Source: an uncultured Piscirickettsiaceae bacterium (GTDB lineage: Bacteria; Pseudomonadota; Gammaproteobacteria; GCF-002020875). Taken from it: 64,000 nucleotides of DNA. Under the pieces are notes generated by a model. The model was not told the DNA's origin. It made no database searches and was given only the letters and a program-made list of their open reading frames with translations. The first letter of the stretch is position 1; each line of letters starts with the position of its first letter. The stretch spans positions 3,158 to 67,157 of the forward strand of contig CAYQBY010000003.1 in the NCBI GenBank assembly GCA_964415865.1, written 5' to 3'. Positions 10,238 through 22,500 of the stretch are shown here, one piece after another. A program made the translations under genes and the position numbers.

Positions 10238-10906
10238 ATGGAAAGAATCAAACAGACATTAACGGCAATCACTATTGTCCTTATATCCAGCGTCTCATCT
10301 GCTGCAAACCTGGAGATTGGTGAAGAGATCAATGAGGTATGTGCTGGATGTCATGGTGAATATGCCGAAGGGGGTAAAGAAGGGGAATATCCTCGTCTCG
10401 CAGGACTGCCAGAGAAATACATTGCCGAAGAGCTGCGCCGTTTCAAAAGTCATGAGCGTCTAAACCACCCTATGGTTCCATACACCAAGGAGCGGGAGCT
10501 ACCAGAGGAGGATCTTCTGGATGTATCTGCATACCTCCCAACCATACAACTCTATTCAAAACTCCCGCCAATAGACAAAGAAAACTTTGATGCCTACGAA
10601 CGCCTTCTGCTTAGTAAAAAACTTATCACCATACCCAGATTTGAAGGTGACGTGAGTGCAGGAGAAAAATTATACAACCAAGAGTGTGCAAGCTGTCACG
10701 GACGTCGTGGAGAGGGAAAACTTAAAAAGAGTATTCCACTGCTGACTGGACAATATAGCTCATACCTACTGAAACAGATCAGCGCCTACAGAGATGGCAA
10801 CAGAGTTCATGACAATGAGGAGCCAAATGAATCTCTCTTCAACGAATATAGCGAGGAAGATCTTCACAACCTGCTAGCCTATCTATCTATCCTGGATGAT
10901 GATTGA
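10238..10906 (+). CDS. Diheme cytochrome c4-type protein (start taken at MERIKQTL, not the upstream in-frame Met)
   Basis: Signal peptide; CAGCH and CASCH motifs. Confidence 0.75.
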   Translation: MERIKQTLTAITIVLISSVSSAANLEIGEEINEVCAGCHGEYAEGGKEGEYPRLAGLPEKYIAEELRRFKSHERLNHPMVPYTKERELPEEDLLDVSAYLPTIQLYSKLPPIDKENFDAYERLLLSKKLITIPRFEGDVSAGEKLYNQECASCHGRRGEGKLKKSIPLLTGQYSSYLLKQISAYRDGNRVHDNEEPNESLFNEYSEEDLHNLLAYLSILDDD

Positions 10907-11909
10907 CTCACTCTTTATCCTCCCTTACCACCTACCACTAAAACGTCCATGGATAACCAACTACGGGACAACTAACAACCGTGATGGTTTTCTTGTAGAG
11001 ATCAGTGAGCAAGATGGCTCTACAGGTATAGGTGATGCGGCCCCCCTACCCAATATGGGCGGTGAATCGTTGGAGCAGTGCCGCACCACTCTGGAGTTAC
11101 TAAAAGAGGAGGCAAGCAATATCTCTGTTGATGATATGCTGGACAGACTCTCCCCCCTGCGAGAAATCTCTCCTGCAGCCTGCTGCGGGGTAGAATCTGC
11201 CCTGATTACGATCTTGGCAAAGAGATGCAACCTGACTCCAGGCAGATGGATCTCACCCAACGCCAGCAACAAAATCAGGGTTAACTACTCTGCAGGTAGT
11301 TTGAACAGCGCAACAGCACCCGTTGATGGTGAATCAGTTATAAAGATAAAGGTTGGTCTATCACCTGTTAATGAAGAGATTGAACAGCTTCACAAGTTAT
11401 CTGCAACTCTTCCAGAGGATATCACGGTAAGGCTTGATGCAAATCAGGCATGGAGCATGAGAGAGGCTTCTCAATTCATCTCTGCCACCAAGTCACTCTC
11501 CATAAAGATAGAGTCACTGGAAGAGCCACTAACAAACCCCACCCTTGAGGCCATACACAGGCTACAGAAAGAGGCCCCCTTCCCTCTGGCACTGGATGAA
11601 TCAGTATCTAACTTTGGGATTAAGAGACTACTAGATGATGAAAAGCTCCAGCGTGTCGTCCTTAAACCTACTCTAATGGGAGGGCCATACACTACGTTCA
11701 AGATTGCCAGCCAGTTCAAACAACGAGGGGTTGATGTCATCATAACCTCGGCACTTGAGAGTAGCGTGGGAATCATCTCTGCCGCACACTGTGCCGGGGC
11801 CATTGACCCGGAACAGAAATATGCACACGGACTTGCAACTGCATCATTACTGGCAGAAGATCTTATGTTGGCTCTACCAATAAAAAACGGGATACTGACC
11901 CTGCCATGA
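10896..11909 (+). CDS. menC: o-Succinylbenzoate synthase (enolase superfamily)
   Basis: Enolase-superfamily length and pattern; embedded in men cluster. Confidence 0.7.
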   Translation: MMIDSLFILPYHLPLKRPWITNYGTTNNRDGFLVEISEQDGSTGIGDAAPLPNMGGESLEQCRTTLELLKEEASNISVDDMLDRLSPLREISPAACCGVESALITILAKRCNLTPGRWISPNASNKIRVNYSAGSLNSATAPVDGESVIKIKVGLSPVNEEIEQLHKLSATLPEDITVRLDANQAWSMREASQFISATKSLSIKIESLEEPLTNPTLEAIHRLQKEAPFPLALDESVSNFGIKRLLDDEKLQRVVLKPTLMGGPYTTFKIASQFKQRGVDVIITSALESSVGIISAAHCAGAIDPEQKYAHGLATASLLAEDLMLALPIKNGILTLP

Positions 11910-12328
11910 ACAATATTTTCTCCTACACCCATAGAGTTCAACTCCACGAGATTGATGGCGCAGGAGTGCTCTTCTATGGAGAGATATTCAGGATTATCCA
12001 TAATGCCTATGAGGAGATGTTATTCAGCAACAACCTTCCTCTTCATAAGATAATTCATGAGCGCAGGGAGGCGATTCCTCTGGTCCACACTGAGGCTGAT
12101 TATTATCGGCAAATTAAACTTGGTGAAACTCTTAATCTAAACATGAAGGTGGCATCCATTGGCGACCACTCCTTTACCCTGAAAACCACCGTAGATGGCT
12201 TTGATAACAATAGTGAGCCACAACATAAAGCTACCGTTACAACTACTCATGTAACCACCTCTATCGATAGCGGGAAAAAGATAATAGTCCCTGATGTTCT
12301 CAGAGAGATCCTGCTGAGATATGAGTGA
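11906..12328 (+). CDS. Hotdog-fold thioesterase (likely 1,4-dihydroxy-2-naphthoyl-CoA hydrolase)
   Basis: 140-aa 4HBT-like protein between menC and menD. Confidence 0.6.
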   Translation: MNNIFSYTHRVQLHEIDGAGVLFYGEIFRIIHNAYEEMLFSNNLPLHKIIHERREAIPLVHTEADYYRQIKLGETLNLNMKVASIGDHSFTLKTTVDGFDNNSEPQHKATVTTTHVTTSIDSGKKIIVPDVLREILLRYE

Positions 12329-14036
12329 TATCGGCACCACGAATCTGCAGTGGTCCGCCATACTGATACAGACTCTGGTTGATGGTGGCATAAACCACTT
12401 TGTCATCTCACCAGGCTCCAGATCCACCCCCCTGGCACTGGCTGTCGCTCGCCATCCAGACACCAAACATTGGGTTATCATAGATGAACGTGATGCAGCC
12501 TTCATGGCCCTTGGACAGAGCAAGCAGAGAGGGGTTCCAACTGCTCTAATCTGCACCTCTGGAACCGCTGTTGCCAATTGGCTTCCTGCGGTTGTTGAGG
12601 CATACCACTCAGCCACTCCTGTTTTGCTGCTCTCTGCAGACCGCCCACCAGAGCTCCACAACTGTGGAGCCAATCAGACAATTGCCCAAAACAATATCTT
12701 TGGAGAACAGGTTAGAGCCTCCTACACCACCCTCCCTCCTGATGAGATCGATGACTCTGTCAGCCAACTAACTGAGCTGGTGCCACAGATCATGGAGTCA
12801 ATGAAGAATCCAATTCCTGGACCTGTCCATCTGAACATCCCGTTTAGGGAGCCACTTATTGCCAATAACTGTGAACAGATCAAATGGCACAATAGTGGCC
12901 TGCAATATAAAAACCGAGCCCATACCAACCACTCCACAGCTGCTGTTGACTACCAGGCTATATCACGGGAGATCAATGGCAGGCCTGGGATTATCCTGTG
13001 TGGGGAGTCTGGCTATCCTGATAACTTTAATGAATTGGTAACCCAGCTTGCAGAGAATCTGGAGGCTCCAATTTTTGCCGATCCACTCTCCAACCTGCGC
13101 TGGGGAGATAACAGCACCCAACATATCTTTACCCACTACGATGGGATCCTTCATGATGAAGATAATCGTAAATTGTATCGTCCCGATTGGGTGATCCAGT
13201 TTGGGCGCTTCCCACTCTCAAAATCGGTAGCCACTCTGCTACAAGAGAGCAAGCCAGCAAAATACATAACCGTTCATCACAAAACCATCTGGAGTGATCC
13301 ACTATCACTCTCCACTTCGAAAATCTCCACCCCTCCATCAAACTTCTGCCAACAACTGCTACAACATACAGGTTCCAGCCCCATAGACAACAACCATCTC
13401 AAGATGTTGCAAGAGAAGGAGCAGTTGGCAACAGAGTGGAACAGCAACGATGATAACCTAAGCGATGATCAGGTTATTAAAGTGCTACATCGACAACTGC
13501 CTGGTGGCACCATCCTGTTTAGCGGCAACTCCATGGTTATCAGAGATATAGATGGCTGGATGAGTTGCAGAGGCAGGAACCTAAAACTATTTGCCAACCG
13601 TGGCGCCAGTGGGATTGATGGAAACCTTGCTACCGTCTGCGGTATCCGTGCAGTTACAGACCCCAACACTCCTGTTGTGGCACTTTTGGGAGACCTTACC
13701 CTCTTCCATAACCTGAATGCTCTCTATCTGGCAAAAGAGCTGGGAATGAATCTGACCATCATGGTAATCAATAATGGTGGTGGTAATATCTTTAGCCACC
13801 TCCCCCCAGACCAGCTACCTGAGTTTGAGAAGTTATGGCTAACCCCGACCACAGTAAACTTCAAAAGAGCTGCTACCCTCTACGATATCCCCTACAGAGA
13901 GATAACAGATGGAAAAGAGCTCGCACTATGCATAGATGAGCTACTCCAACAGCCCCACCCCAAACTGATAGAATTAACCATCGATCGCAACATCAGCAAC
14001 CATAACCATCACCAATACTGGGAGTCACTACATTGA
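12321..14036 (+). CDS. menD: SEPHCHC synthase, ThDP-dependent
   Basis: N-terminal TPP-enzyme pattern ([10 protein letters not shown]), GDLT..H..N ThDP motif; 571 aa. Confidence 0.85.
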   Translation: MSDIGTTNLQWSAILIQTLVDGGINHFVISPGSRSTPLALAVARHPDTKHWVIIDERDAAFMALGQSKQRGVPTALICTSGTAVANWLPAVVEAYHSATPVLLLSADRPPELHNCGANQTIAQNNIFGEQVRASYTTLPPDEIDDSVSQLTELVPQIMESMKNPIPGPVHLNIPFREPLIANNCEQIKWHNSGLQYKNRAHTNHSTAAVDYQAISREINGRPGIILCGESGYPDNFNELVTQLAENLEAPIFADPLSNLRWGDNSTQHIFTHYDGILHDEDNRKLYRPDWVIQFGRFPLSKSVATLLQESKPAKYITVHHKTIWSDPLSLSTSKISTPPSNFCQQLLQHTGSSPIDNNHLKMLQEKEQLATEWNSNDDNLSDDQVIKVLHRQLPGGTILFSGNSMVIRDIDGWMSCRGRNLKLFANRGASGIDGNLATVCGIRAVTDPNTPVVALLGDLTLFHNLNALYLAKELGMNLTIMVINNGGGNIFSHLPPDQLPEFEKLWLTPTTVNFKRAATLYDIPYREITDGKELALCIDELLQQPHPKLIELTIDRNISNHNHHQYWESLH

Positions 14037-14881
14037 TTGAGTGGACAAGAGAAGAGAGCTCCAATCGCCCCGAACGATCACAGGACGGTAACTACCAGGA
14101 CATACTCTATGACCATGCAGATGGTATCGCCAAGATAACCATCAACCGCCCTCAGGTGCGTAATGCCTTTAGACCGGAGACTATCAGGGAGATGATGGAG
14201 GCTTTCCACAATGCCCATATGGATCCAGAGATTGGTGCCATCATCCTGACTGGGGCTGGTGACAAGGCATTCTGCTCTGGTGGTGACCAGAAAATACGTG
14301 GCGAAGAGGGATACAGGGATGAGAGAGGTGGACAACATCTAAATGTACTGGATCTGCAGAGACAGATTCGCACCCTCCCCAAACCAGTTGTGGCCATGGT
14401 AAACGGCTTTGCCATAGGTGGTGGACATGTTCTGCATCTGATCTGTGATCTCTCCATCGCATCTGATAACGCCATCTTTGGGCAGACCGGACCCAAGGTT
14501 GGAAGTTTTGATGCAGGTCTCGGCGCGGGGCTGTTAGCACGTACCGTGGGGATGAAAAAAGCAAAGGAGATCTGGTTTCTCTGTCGTCAGTACAGTGCTA
14601 CGGAAGCACTGGAGATGGGGTTGGTAAATAGTGTTGTCCCCCATGACCAACTTGAGGAGGAGACAGTGAGTTGGTGCCAGGAGATGTTGCAGCACAGCCC
14701 AACTGCACTACGGCTTCTCAAGGCTGGGTTCAATGCAGATACCGATGGGCTTGCCGGCATTCAGGAGCTCGCCGGCAATGCAACTGCTCTATTCTATATG
14801 TCAGACGAGGGACAGGAGGGGCGCAATGCTTTTAATGAAAAACGTCCTCCAGACTTCACAAAGTTCAACAGAAGAACATAA
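14033..14881 (+). CDS. menB: 1,4-dihydroxy-2-naphthoyl-CoA synthase (crotonase fold)
   Basis: Crotonase motifs ([11 protein letters not shown]); 282 aa. Confidence 0.85.
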   Translation: MIEWTREESSNRPERSQDGNYQDILYDHADGIAKITINRPQVRNAFRPETIREMMEAFHNAHMDPEIGAIILTGAGDKAFCSGGDQKIRGEEGYRDERGGQHLNVLDLQRQIRTLPKPVVAMVNGFAIGGGHVLHLICDLSIASDNAIFGQTGPKVGSFDAGLGAGLLARTVGMKKAKEIWFLCRQYSATEALEMGLVNSVVPHDQLEEETVSWCQEMLQHSPTALRLLKAGFNADTDGLAGIQELAGNATALFYMSDEGQEGRNAFNEKRPPDFTKFNRRT

Positions 14882-14888
14882 ATAATAA

Positions 14889-16259
14889 TTGATGTTCAAT
14901 AAGTTAAAGAATGAACTTGATCTAATTTATAGCGATCAGAGCAGTTCGCTTAATCAGGTTATCAGCATCATTCTCTCATTCAATGAGCGTCCATTCACTG
15001 CCCCGCCACCTCTAAATAGTGGTATCTACTGGAGAAGTCCACGTGAAGAGACGAGACTGCTAGCCCTGCAGAGTGGGTGGCAGAGAGAACTAAAGGGGAG
15101 AGAGCGTTTCACTGAGGCCAGGAAAGAGTTCCTGCAACTCACAAATTCATGGTCCATATTTGACCCGGAAGAGACAGGGGCCTCACCAAAAACACTCTTT
15201 CATTACGCCTTCCATGAGAATGATCCGATGGGGAGTGAGTGGCAGGGCTTTCCCAACACCCTGCTTATGCTGCCGCGAGTTCAGCTCATCAACCAGCGCG
15301 GAAGACAGAGCATAATTTTCTCACATAAAACAGACCAAACAACCCAAGAGGTGATTCTGGAAAACTGGCAGACAGATCTCAACCAGCTTAGGGAGATTCT
15401 AGATAACCACCCTCCCCAAGGATCACCAGCTACAACCACACCTGACAACAGCCTTAATTCAGCAAAACCAATTTTTAGAGATGCAATTGAGAGCATCCAC
15501 TCCACCTCAATCAAAAAGTTGGTGATCGGGCAACAACAATCATTCCACTTCTCCAATCCAGTCAATACAGAACGGACACTGAAAACACTGGAACGGAGTA
15601 GCCCATCAAGCACACAGTTTTTATTCTCCATAGAGGACAAACATTTCATTGCCGCACCTCCTGAACGTCTATTCTCAAAGCAAGGTGATAACGTGGAATC
15701 TGACGCCCTGGCAGGAACCCTGCCCAGAGGCAACAATAATGAAGAGGATATTACACAGGAACAGACCCTGCTCCATGATCCAAAACTACGTCATGAACAC
15801 CAGCTAGTGGTTGATGCCATTGGTAACGCGCTGTCACCACTGTGCAAGACTGTAGATATTCCAGCTATGCCAACTGTTCATAAACTGGAGAATATCCAAC
15901 ACCTGTTGACAGCGATTAAGGGGCAGCTACAGACGGAAGATAACAACAACACCTCCATCTTTGAATTGATTGAGGCACTTCACCAGAGCCCTGCAATCTG
16001 CGGTGATCCAAAAGCAGAAGCGCTCCAGTGGCTAACTAAACACAACAATAGCTATCGTGGTGGATACTGCGGGGGGGCAGGATGGATTGATCCCCATGGA
16101 GATGGAGAGATCCACGTACTACTACGCTGCGCAATGGTTGAGGGCACAAAAGCCATCCTCTACGCCGGTGCCGGCATTGTTGATGGTTCAATTGTCGAGG
16201 ATGAGATATCGGAGATAAGCCTAAAGATTCAAGGTATGCTAAACGCACTTTCAGCCTGA
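14889..16259 (+). CDS. menF: Isochorismate synthase (chorismate-binding enzyme)
   Basis: C-terminal chorismate-binding signature (GGYCGGAGW..., ...AGAGIV); men context. Confidence 0.75.
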   Translation: MMFNKLKNELDLIYSDQSSSLNQVISIILSFNERPFTAPPPLNSGIYWRSPREETRLLALQSGWQRELKGRERFTEARKEFLQLTNSWSIFDPEETGASPKTLFHYAFHENDPMGSEWQGFPNTLLMLPRVQLINQRGRQSIIFSHKTDQTTQEVILENWQTDLNQLREILDNHPPQGSPATTTPDNSLNSAKPIFRDAIESIHSTSIKKLVIGQQQSFHFSNPVNTERTLKTLERSSPSSTQFLFSIEDKHFIAAPPERLFSKQGDNVESDALAGTLPRGNNNEEDITQEQTLLHDPKLRHEHQLVVDAIGNALSPLCKTVDIPAMPTVHKLENIQHLLTAIKGQLQTEDNNNTSIFELIEALHQSPAICGDPKAEALQWLTKHNNSYRGGYCGGAGWIDPHGDGEIHVLLRCAMVEGTKAILYAGAGIVDGSIVEDEISEISLKIQGMLNALSA

Positions 16260-16268
16260 TATAGATAT

Positions 16269-16643
16269 TTAGTGCTCACCCTTAGTTTTACGAATACCTG
16301 CAATACGGTTACCTTGTTTCTGTGGTCCACCCATAGGAAAGAGATCATGGAGATAACGGTTATTACCATGTTCTTTCCCCCATTTTTTTGTAAAATGTTT
16401 GATCATCTTTCTCACTTCTATTTGCACACCATGATTTTCATGATGATCACGTATCAGTTTTATCACATCCCAGTGCTCGTCAGTTAATTCATCTATCCCC
16501 TCTTTTTTTGCCTGTGCAACAGCAAACCCTTCTGACCATTGATCAAGATCCTGTATATAACCCTCTTGATCTGTTGCAATCATCTTACCATCAACCTCAA
16601 CATGCTCTATGCGTATAGCAGATGGATTGGTATTAATTCCCAT
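16269..16643 (-). CDS. TusE/DsrC-family protein lacking the C-terminal conserved cysteine(s)
   Basis: Strong similarity to the TusE/DsrC core (GYIQDLDQWSE...HWDVIKLIRD...GNNRYLHDLFP.GPQKQ..IAGI), but the C-terminus is RKTKGEH instead of PKPxGC. Confidence 0.65.
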   Translation of the reverse strand: MGINTNPSAIRIEHVEVDGKMIATDQEGYIQDLDQWSEGFAVAQAKKEGIDELTDEHWDVIKLIRDHHENHGVQIEVRKMIKHFTKKWGKEHGNNRYLHDLFPMGGPQKQGNRIAGIRKTKGEH

Positions 16644-16716
16644 TAAAGCTCTCCTTAAAAAAAGGCTAACCCGAGAATTTATGATTTCCCAGGCTAGCCC
16701 AAATACCACCAGAGTT

Positions 16717-17409
16717 TTAGTTTACGCTGATGTACTTGACCCTAACGATCTGATAAGCACGCCCCAGGTAGGTTACAGGAACACTCCAGACATGAACCAG
16801 ACGGGTAAATGGAAATACCAGGAAGATAGTCATACCAAAAAACATATGAATCTTGTACGTACCAGAAACATTTGCAATCAGACTTGGATCAACACTTAGG
16901 GTTGCGATACTTTTGACGTATTCAGCAAGAATCAACATGGTTGTAACATCACCTTCAGCTGCATGATGCATTGAGCCTGAAATTGTATTTAGTCCTAATG
17001 CAGCAGTAACCAATAACCAAAAGATAATGAAATTGTCCCGTGTACGGCTAATAGCCTTCACTCTAGGATTGGTCATTCTACGAACAAACAGTATTAACGC
17101 ACCAACAAGAGCCATCCCGCCAAAGACAGCGCCTGCATAGATTGCAATATATTGATGCTGAACATCCGTAGCTACCATCTGCCACCAACTGTGTGGCAAC
17201 AACATACCTGCCGCATGGCCAAAGAAGATACCAAGGATTCCAACATGGAACAGATTACTACCCAACCACATACCCTTGTTACTTAGCAATTGACTGGAAT
17301 CAGCCTTCCAAGTGTACTGTTCTCGGTCAAAACGAATCCAGCTACCTAGAATAAAGATTGTTCCAGCCAGATATGGATAAACACCAAAAATAAAATCATG
17401 TAATGTCAT
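16717..17409 (-). CDS. narI: Respiratory nitrate reductase gamma subunit (diheme cytochrome b)
   Basis: Five TM helices with His pairs; follows narJ. Confidence 0.9.
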   Translation of the reverse strand: MTLHDFIFGVYPYLAGTIFILGSWIRFDREQYTWKADSSQLLSNKGMWLGSNLFHVGILGIFFGHAAGMLLPHSWWQMVATDVQHQYIAIYAGAVFGGMALVGALILFVRRMTNPRVKAISRTRDNFIIFWLLVTAALGLNTISGSMHHAAEGDVTTMLILAEYVKSIATLSVDPSLIANVSGTYKIHMFFGMTIFLVFPFTRLVHVWSVPVTYLGRAYQIVRVKYISVN

Positions 17410-17420
17410 TATTGACTCCT

Positions 17421-17945
17421 TTAAGCCGCCTTGACCAATTGGCCACGGTTTTCAATCATCCGAACCAACTTTGCATATGGGCTATTGGCTTTCTCAAGAT
17501 TATCTCCAAGGATTGCAAGAATCTTCCCAACATCTGCCAGGAAGAAACGACTCTCCTCCTCCCCCAGAGTGGAAACGTACTCCAACAACAGAGGGAGATA
17601 ATCAGGAATCTCTCCATCCTTAATCTCCAAACCATTCGCCTTGAAGTGTTCTGTCAGATCAATCAATGCAGGGCCACGATCACGGCTATCACCATGAATA
17701 TGGTGAGTCATATGCAAATCATGCTCAGGAACCATATCAAAGGTCTGTACATAAATTTGCTGGGCCCCGGTCAGGTCATGAAGCTGAAGCCAACTGATAA
17801 AGTCAGCCACCTCTTTGCGTTCACCCTGCTTGATCTGAGGATCACAGTCAATCACCTCTGTGATCTCTGTCAGATGTTCCATCAAAGCAGTAGTTGGATA
17901 ATCTAGCAATCGGGCTAGTACAGTATAAAGTTTCATATCTAACAC
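17421..17945 (-). CDS. narJ: Nitrate reductase assembly chaperone (delta)
   Basis: 174-aa NarJ/TorD-like protein between narH and narI. Confidence 0.85.
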   Translation of the reverse strand: MLDMKLYTVLARLLDYPTTALMEHLTEITEVIDCDPQIKQGERKEVADFISWLQLHDLTGAQQIYVQTFDMVPEHDLHMTHHIHGDSRDRGPALIDLTEHFKANGLEIKDGEIPDYLPLLLEYVSTLGEEESRFFLADVGKILAILGDNLEKANSPYAKLVRMIENRGQLVKAA

Positions 17946-17951
17946 TCCTTA

Positions 17952-19514
17952 TCAAGATCTTCTGCTTTTGGGTGGAGCAACAATGGCCATTGGGGTCACT
18001 GTCTTCTTTCTGGGAACTGGGAATAGACTAACTCCCTTACCAGAATCCCCACCATGAGAACTCATATTTCCACCAGAGAAACCATTCTGCCCCTGGAATC
18101 CATAAGGGTCCTCAAGATGCAATTCCTCGTGAGAGGTTGGGATCACAAACCTATCTTCATAGTTGGCAATTCCAAGATAGCGATACATCTCTTCAGCCTG
18201 CTCTACCGTCAAACCAACAGTATCTAGAGCATCCTCACCAGTACCACCCTCAACAGCTTTCATGCGCTGATGACTGCGCATCGCAAGCAGGCGACGAATT
18301 GCATCCATCACTGGAACCTCATCTCCTGCAGTCAATAGGTTGGCAAGAAATTTGGTTGGGAAACGAAGTGCATCAACAGTTGGGATAACTCCATCTGCCT
18401 CAGTAGGCAGGTTACCCTGGTCAATCTGACCCTGTACTGGAGACATAGGTGGTACATACCACATACTTGGCAAAGTACGATACTCAGGATGTAGCGGGAA
18501 TGCTATCTTCCACTCAACAGCCATCTTGTATACAGGGGACTCCTGTGCTGCATCAATCCATGATTGAGGTACACCATCGGCCAGAGCCTGCTTGATCACC
18601 TCAGGATCATTTGGGTCCATATAAGTATCCAGATGTTGCTGATAGAGATCAGTTTCATTATTAGTTCCTGCAGCATCGCTAATCCGATCTGCATCGTAAA
18701 GCATTACACCCATATAACGGATGCGTCCGACACATGATTCTGCACATGCAGAAGGCATTCCTGATTCAAGACGTGGATAACAGAGAATACATTTCTCAGA
18801 CTTTCCAGATTCCCAGTTATAGTAGATTTTCTTGTATGGACAGGCACTGACACACATACGCCATCCACGGCAACGGTCCTGATCAATAAGCACCACACCA
18901 TCCTCATCTCTCTTATAGATTGCACCAGATGGGCAACTTGCCACACAAGCTGGATTCAGACAGTGATTACATAAACGAGGAAGATACATGTGGAATGTGT
19001 TCTCAAACTCTGAGTACATCTGTTTTTGTATACCATCAAAGTTCTTATCTTTGGAACGGTGCTCAAATTCCCCGGCCAGATCATCTTCCCAATTTGGTCC
19101 CCAAGTAATCTTGTCCATGGTCTCACCAGTGATCTGGGAGACTGGACGTGCCGTAGGTGCTGCTTCAGAGAGTGGCTTGTTCTGCAGCTTGGGATAGTCA
19201 TAATCAAATGGCTCGTAATAATCATCCACCTCCGGCATATCTGGATTAGCAAAGATATTGAGAAGCTTGCTGGCTCGTCCTCCTGCTTTTAGTTCCAACT
19301 TACCATTCTTGCTAACCCAACCACCACGCCACTGCTCCTGATCTTCCCACATCTTGGGGTAACCAACACCCGGCTTGGACTCAACATTATTAAACCAGGC
19401 ATACTCAACACCCTTACGATTGGTCCAAATATTTTTACACGTCACCGAACAGGTATGACAACCAATACACTTGTCCAGGTTTAGTACCATTGCAATTTGT
19501 GCACGTATTTTCAT
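17952..19514 (-). CDS. narH: Respiratory nitrate reductase beta subunit (Fe-S)
   Basis: Four Cys clusters (CIGCHTCSVTC, CNHCLNPACVASC, CRGWRMCVSACP, CILCYPR); 520 aa. Confidence 0.95.
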   Translation of the reverse strand: MKIRAQIAMVLNLDKCIGCHTCSVTCKNIWTNRKGVEYAWFNNVESKPGVGYPKMWEDQEQWRGGWVSKNGKLELKAGGRASKLLNIFANPDMPEVDDYYEPFDYDYPKLQNKPLSEAAPTARPVSQITGETMDKITWGPNWEDDLAGEFEHRSKDKNFDGIQKQMYSEFENTFHMYLPRLCNHCLNPACVASCPSGAIYKRDEDGVVLIDQDRCRGWRMCVSACPYKKIYYNWESGKSEKCILCYPRLESGMPSACAESCVGRIRYMGVMLYDADRISDAAGTNNETDLYQQHLDTYMDPNDPEVIKQALADGVPQSWIDAAQESPVYKMAVEWKIAFPLHPEYRTLPSMWYVPPMSPVQGQIDQGNLPTEADGVIPTVDALRFPTKFLANLLTAGDEVPVMDAIRRLLAMRSHQRMKAVEGGTGEDALDTVGLTVEQAEEMYRYLGIANYEDRFVIPTSHEELHLEDPYGFQGQNGFSGGNMSSHGGDSGKGVSLFPVPRKKTVTPMAIVAPPKSRRS

Positions 19515-19542
19515 CTTTATTTTCTCCTGTGTCCTGACTCAA

Positions 19543-22500
19543 TTAGTTGTTGATACCGGGAGGGTTCTTCTTCGCCTCTCGCTCTGGCGTCAATGGACGC
19601 TCCAGCCAATCAACATCCTGATCATCGATCTTGTGGACAATGACATGTTCATCACGATTCGAACCCACCGTTCCATAGTAGTTAAATGCATAAGACAACT
19701 GCGCATAACCACCAATCATATGGGTTGGCTTCGGTACGGTACGGGTCACACTATTGAGAATTCCGCCACGCTTCCCAGTGGTATTGGAACCGGGAACATT
19801 AACGTTCTTCTCCTGTGCGTGATACATAATCGCCATGCCATTTGGAACACGCTGTGAGACAACAACGCGGGCAACCGTGGCACCATTGTCATTCATTGCC
19901 TCCACCCAGTCGTTATCTTTCAGACCGATAGAACGCGCATCCTCTTCAGAAACCCAGAAGTAAGGCCCGCCACGGAACAGGGTCAACATTCTCAGGTTAT
20001 CCTGATAGGTGGAGTGAATTCCCCACTTGGAGTGCGGCGTAATCCAGTTCAGCACCAAGTGTGGCTTACCCTTGATGGCTGCAGGAACATTCTTATGCGC
20101 CTGTAGATCCACTGCTGGCTTATAGGCACAGAAGCCTTCACCAAAGTCGAGCATCCACTCATGATCCTGATAGAACTGCGCACGTCCAGTCAATGTACGT
20201 AGCGGAATATGCTCATGGAGGTTGGTATAACAGGCGTTATAACTGACCTCTTCAGATTCAATGCCCGACCAGGTAGGTGCGGTGATGATCTTACGGGGTT
20301 GAGAGACAATATCATGATAAGTGATCTTCTCATCCTGACGTCCCTTATAGAGGTGACTATGATCTACACCCGTCTTCTTGCTCTGTGCACTCCATGACTT
20401 GTGGGCGACCTCACCATTAGTCTCCGGCGCCATACGCATCACTGCATCACAGACATGAACATCCTCAGAGAGTGAAGGCATTCCCTTACTGATACCCTCT
20501 TCTTTGATCACACCATTGAGAGAAGCAAGCTCCTCAATCTCCTTGTCTGTATTCCAATCAATTCCTTTGATGGTGTTACCCAGTTTGTTCATCAGAGGGC
20601 CGAGGGCAATATACTTGGAGTATGTACTTGGATAATCACGCTCTACCACCTTAAAGATCGGGGCCGTCTTCCCTGGAATCAGATCACAATCACCCTTCTT
20701 CCAATCCTTGACCTCGCCAAAAGGCTGCGCCAATGCCATCGGAGTATCATGTTGCATCGGTAGTGCAACCACATCCTTCTGAGTTCCCAGATGAGTCTCA
20801 GAGAGCTCAGAGAACTTTTTGGCAATGGTCTTAAAGATCTGCCAATCCGATTTTGACTCCCAAGCAGGATCGACCGCCTTAGATAGTGGATGGATAAACG
20901 GATGCATATCGGTGGTATTCAGATCTGCCTTCTCATACCAGGTGGCCGTTGGCAGAACCATATCGGAATAGGCCCCTGTTGAGTTTAGACGGAAGTTGAT
21001 ATCGACCATCAGATCCAGCTTTCCAGTTGGGGATTTTTCTCTCCACTTAATCTCTCTACAGGCTGCTCCCTCAGTTCCCTCACTCATAACACCATTCTGT
21101 GCGCCGAGCAGATGTTTGAGGAAGTACTCATGTCCCTTGGAAGAACAACCAATCAGGTTCGAGCGCCAGACGAAGAGGTTACGTGGATGATTCTCTTCCG
21201 CATCAATATCCTCGTAGGCAAAATTTATATCACCAGACTTCAGTTTCTCAGCAAGATAACTGGAAACGCCAGCCTCATCTGTTGCGCCGGCCGCCTCTGC
21301 CTCCTTCACAATCTCAAGCGGATTCTTGTCAAAATGCGGCATGGATGGGGTCCATCCCAGACGCTGTGCAACCACATTATAGTCTCCCAACTGATACCCT
21401 TTATAACGTCCCTTGGCAGTAGACGCGAGCAGGCCATCTGCCTCTACACGCTCATAACGCCATTGATCCGTATGGAAATACCAGTAGGTAGTGGAAGCTG
21501 TGTGACGAGGTGGACGGTGCCAATCCAAACCAAATGCGATTGGTGCCCAACCAGCCTGTGGGCGAAGTTTCTCCTGACCCACATAATGTGCCCAACCACC
21601 ACCAGATTGACCTACGCAACCACAGATATGGAGCAGATTCATGATGCCACGATAGTTCATATCATTGTGGTACCAGTGGTTAATTGCAGCACCCAGAATC
21701 ACCATCGATTTACCACGAGTCTTCGAGGCATTGTCAGCAAACTCACGGCCAGTACGCTCCAGATCAGCAGCAGGAACACCTGTTACCATTGATGCCCATG
21801 CTGGGGTATAAGGTACAGATTCATCGGAATAATCTTTTGCCAGGTTATCGCCCAGTCCACGGTCAATACCGTACTGTGCTACCTGAAGATCAAATACCGA
21901 AGTTACATGAACCTCTTCACCAGAGGCTAGAATAAGCTTACGTGCTGGAATCTTGCGAACCAGTGAATCACCATCCTCTGGGGTAAAGTGAGGGAAGGTT
22001 ACATCTATAACCTCATCCCTATTATCTATACAGCTAAGCTCAGCCTCGATCTCATTACCATTGGCCTGTTCAAGGATATTCCACTTACCCTCCTCACCCC
22101 AACGGAATCCAACAGAACCATTTGGTACAACAAATGAGTTACTCCTAGAGTCACGTACAATTGTCTTCCATTCAGGATTATTGCTCTCTCCCATGTTGTT
22201 ATCAAAATCAGAAGCGCGGAGGAAACGACCAGTAATCAGTTTATCTCCCTGCTTCTCCAGAATGACCTGCATTGGGAAATCTGTAAAACTACGCGCATAC
22301 TCAGTGAAGTATGGATCTTGCTGATTGACATGAAACTCTTTCAATGCCACATGGCCCATTGCAAGAAATGCAGCGGAGTCTGTACCCTGTTTCACAGGCA
22401 TCCAGAGATCAGCAAACTTCACATACTCTGCATAGTCTGGTGCCATCGATACAATCTTGGTTCCGTTATAACGAGATTCCACTGCAAAGTGAGCGTCCGG

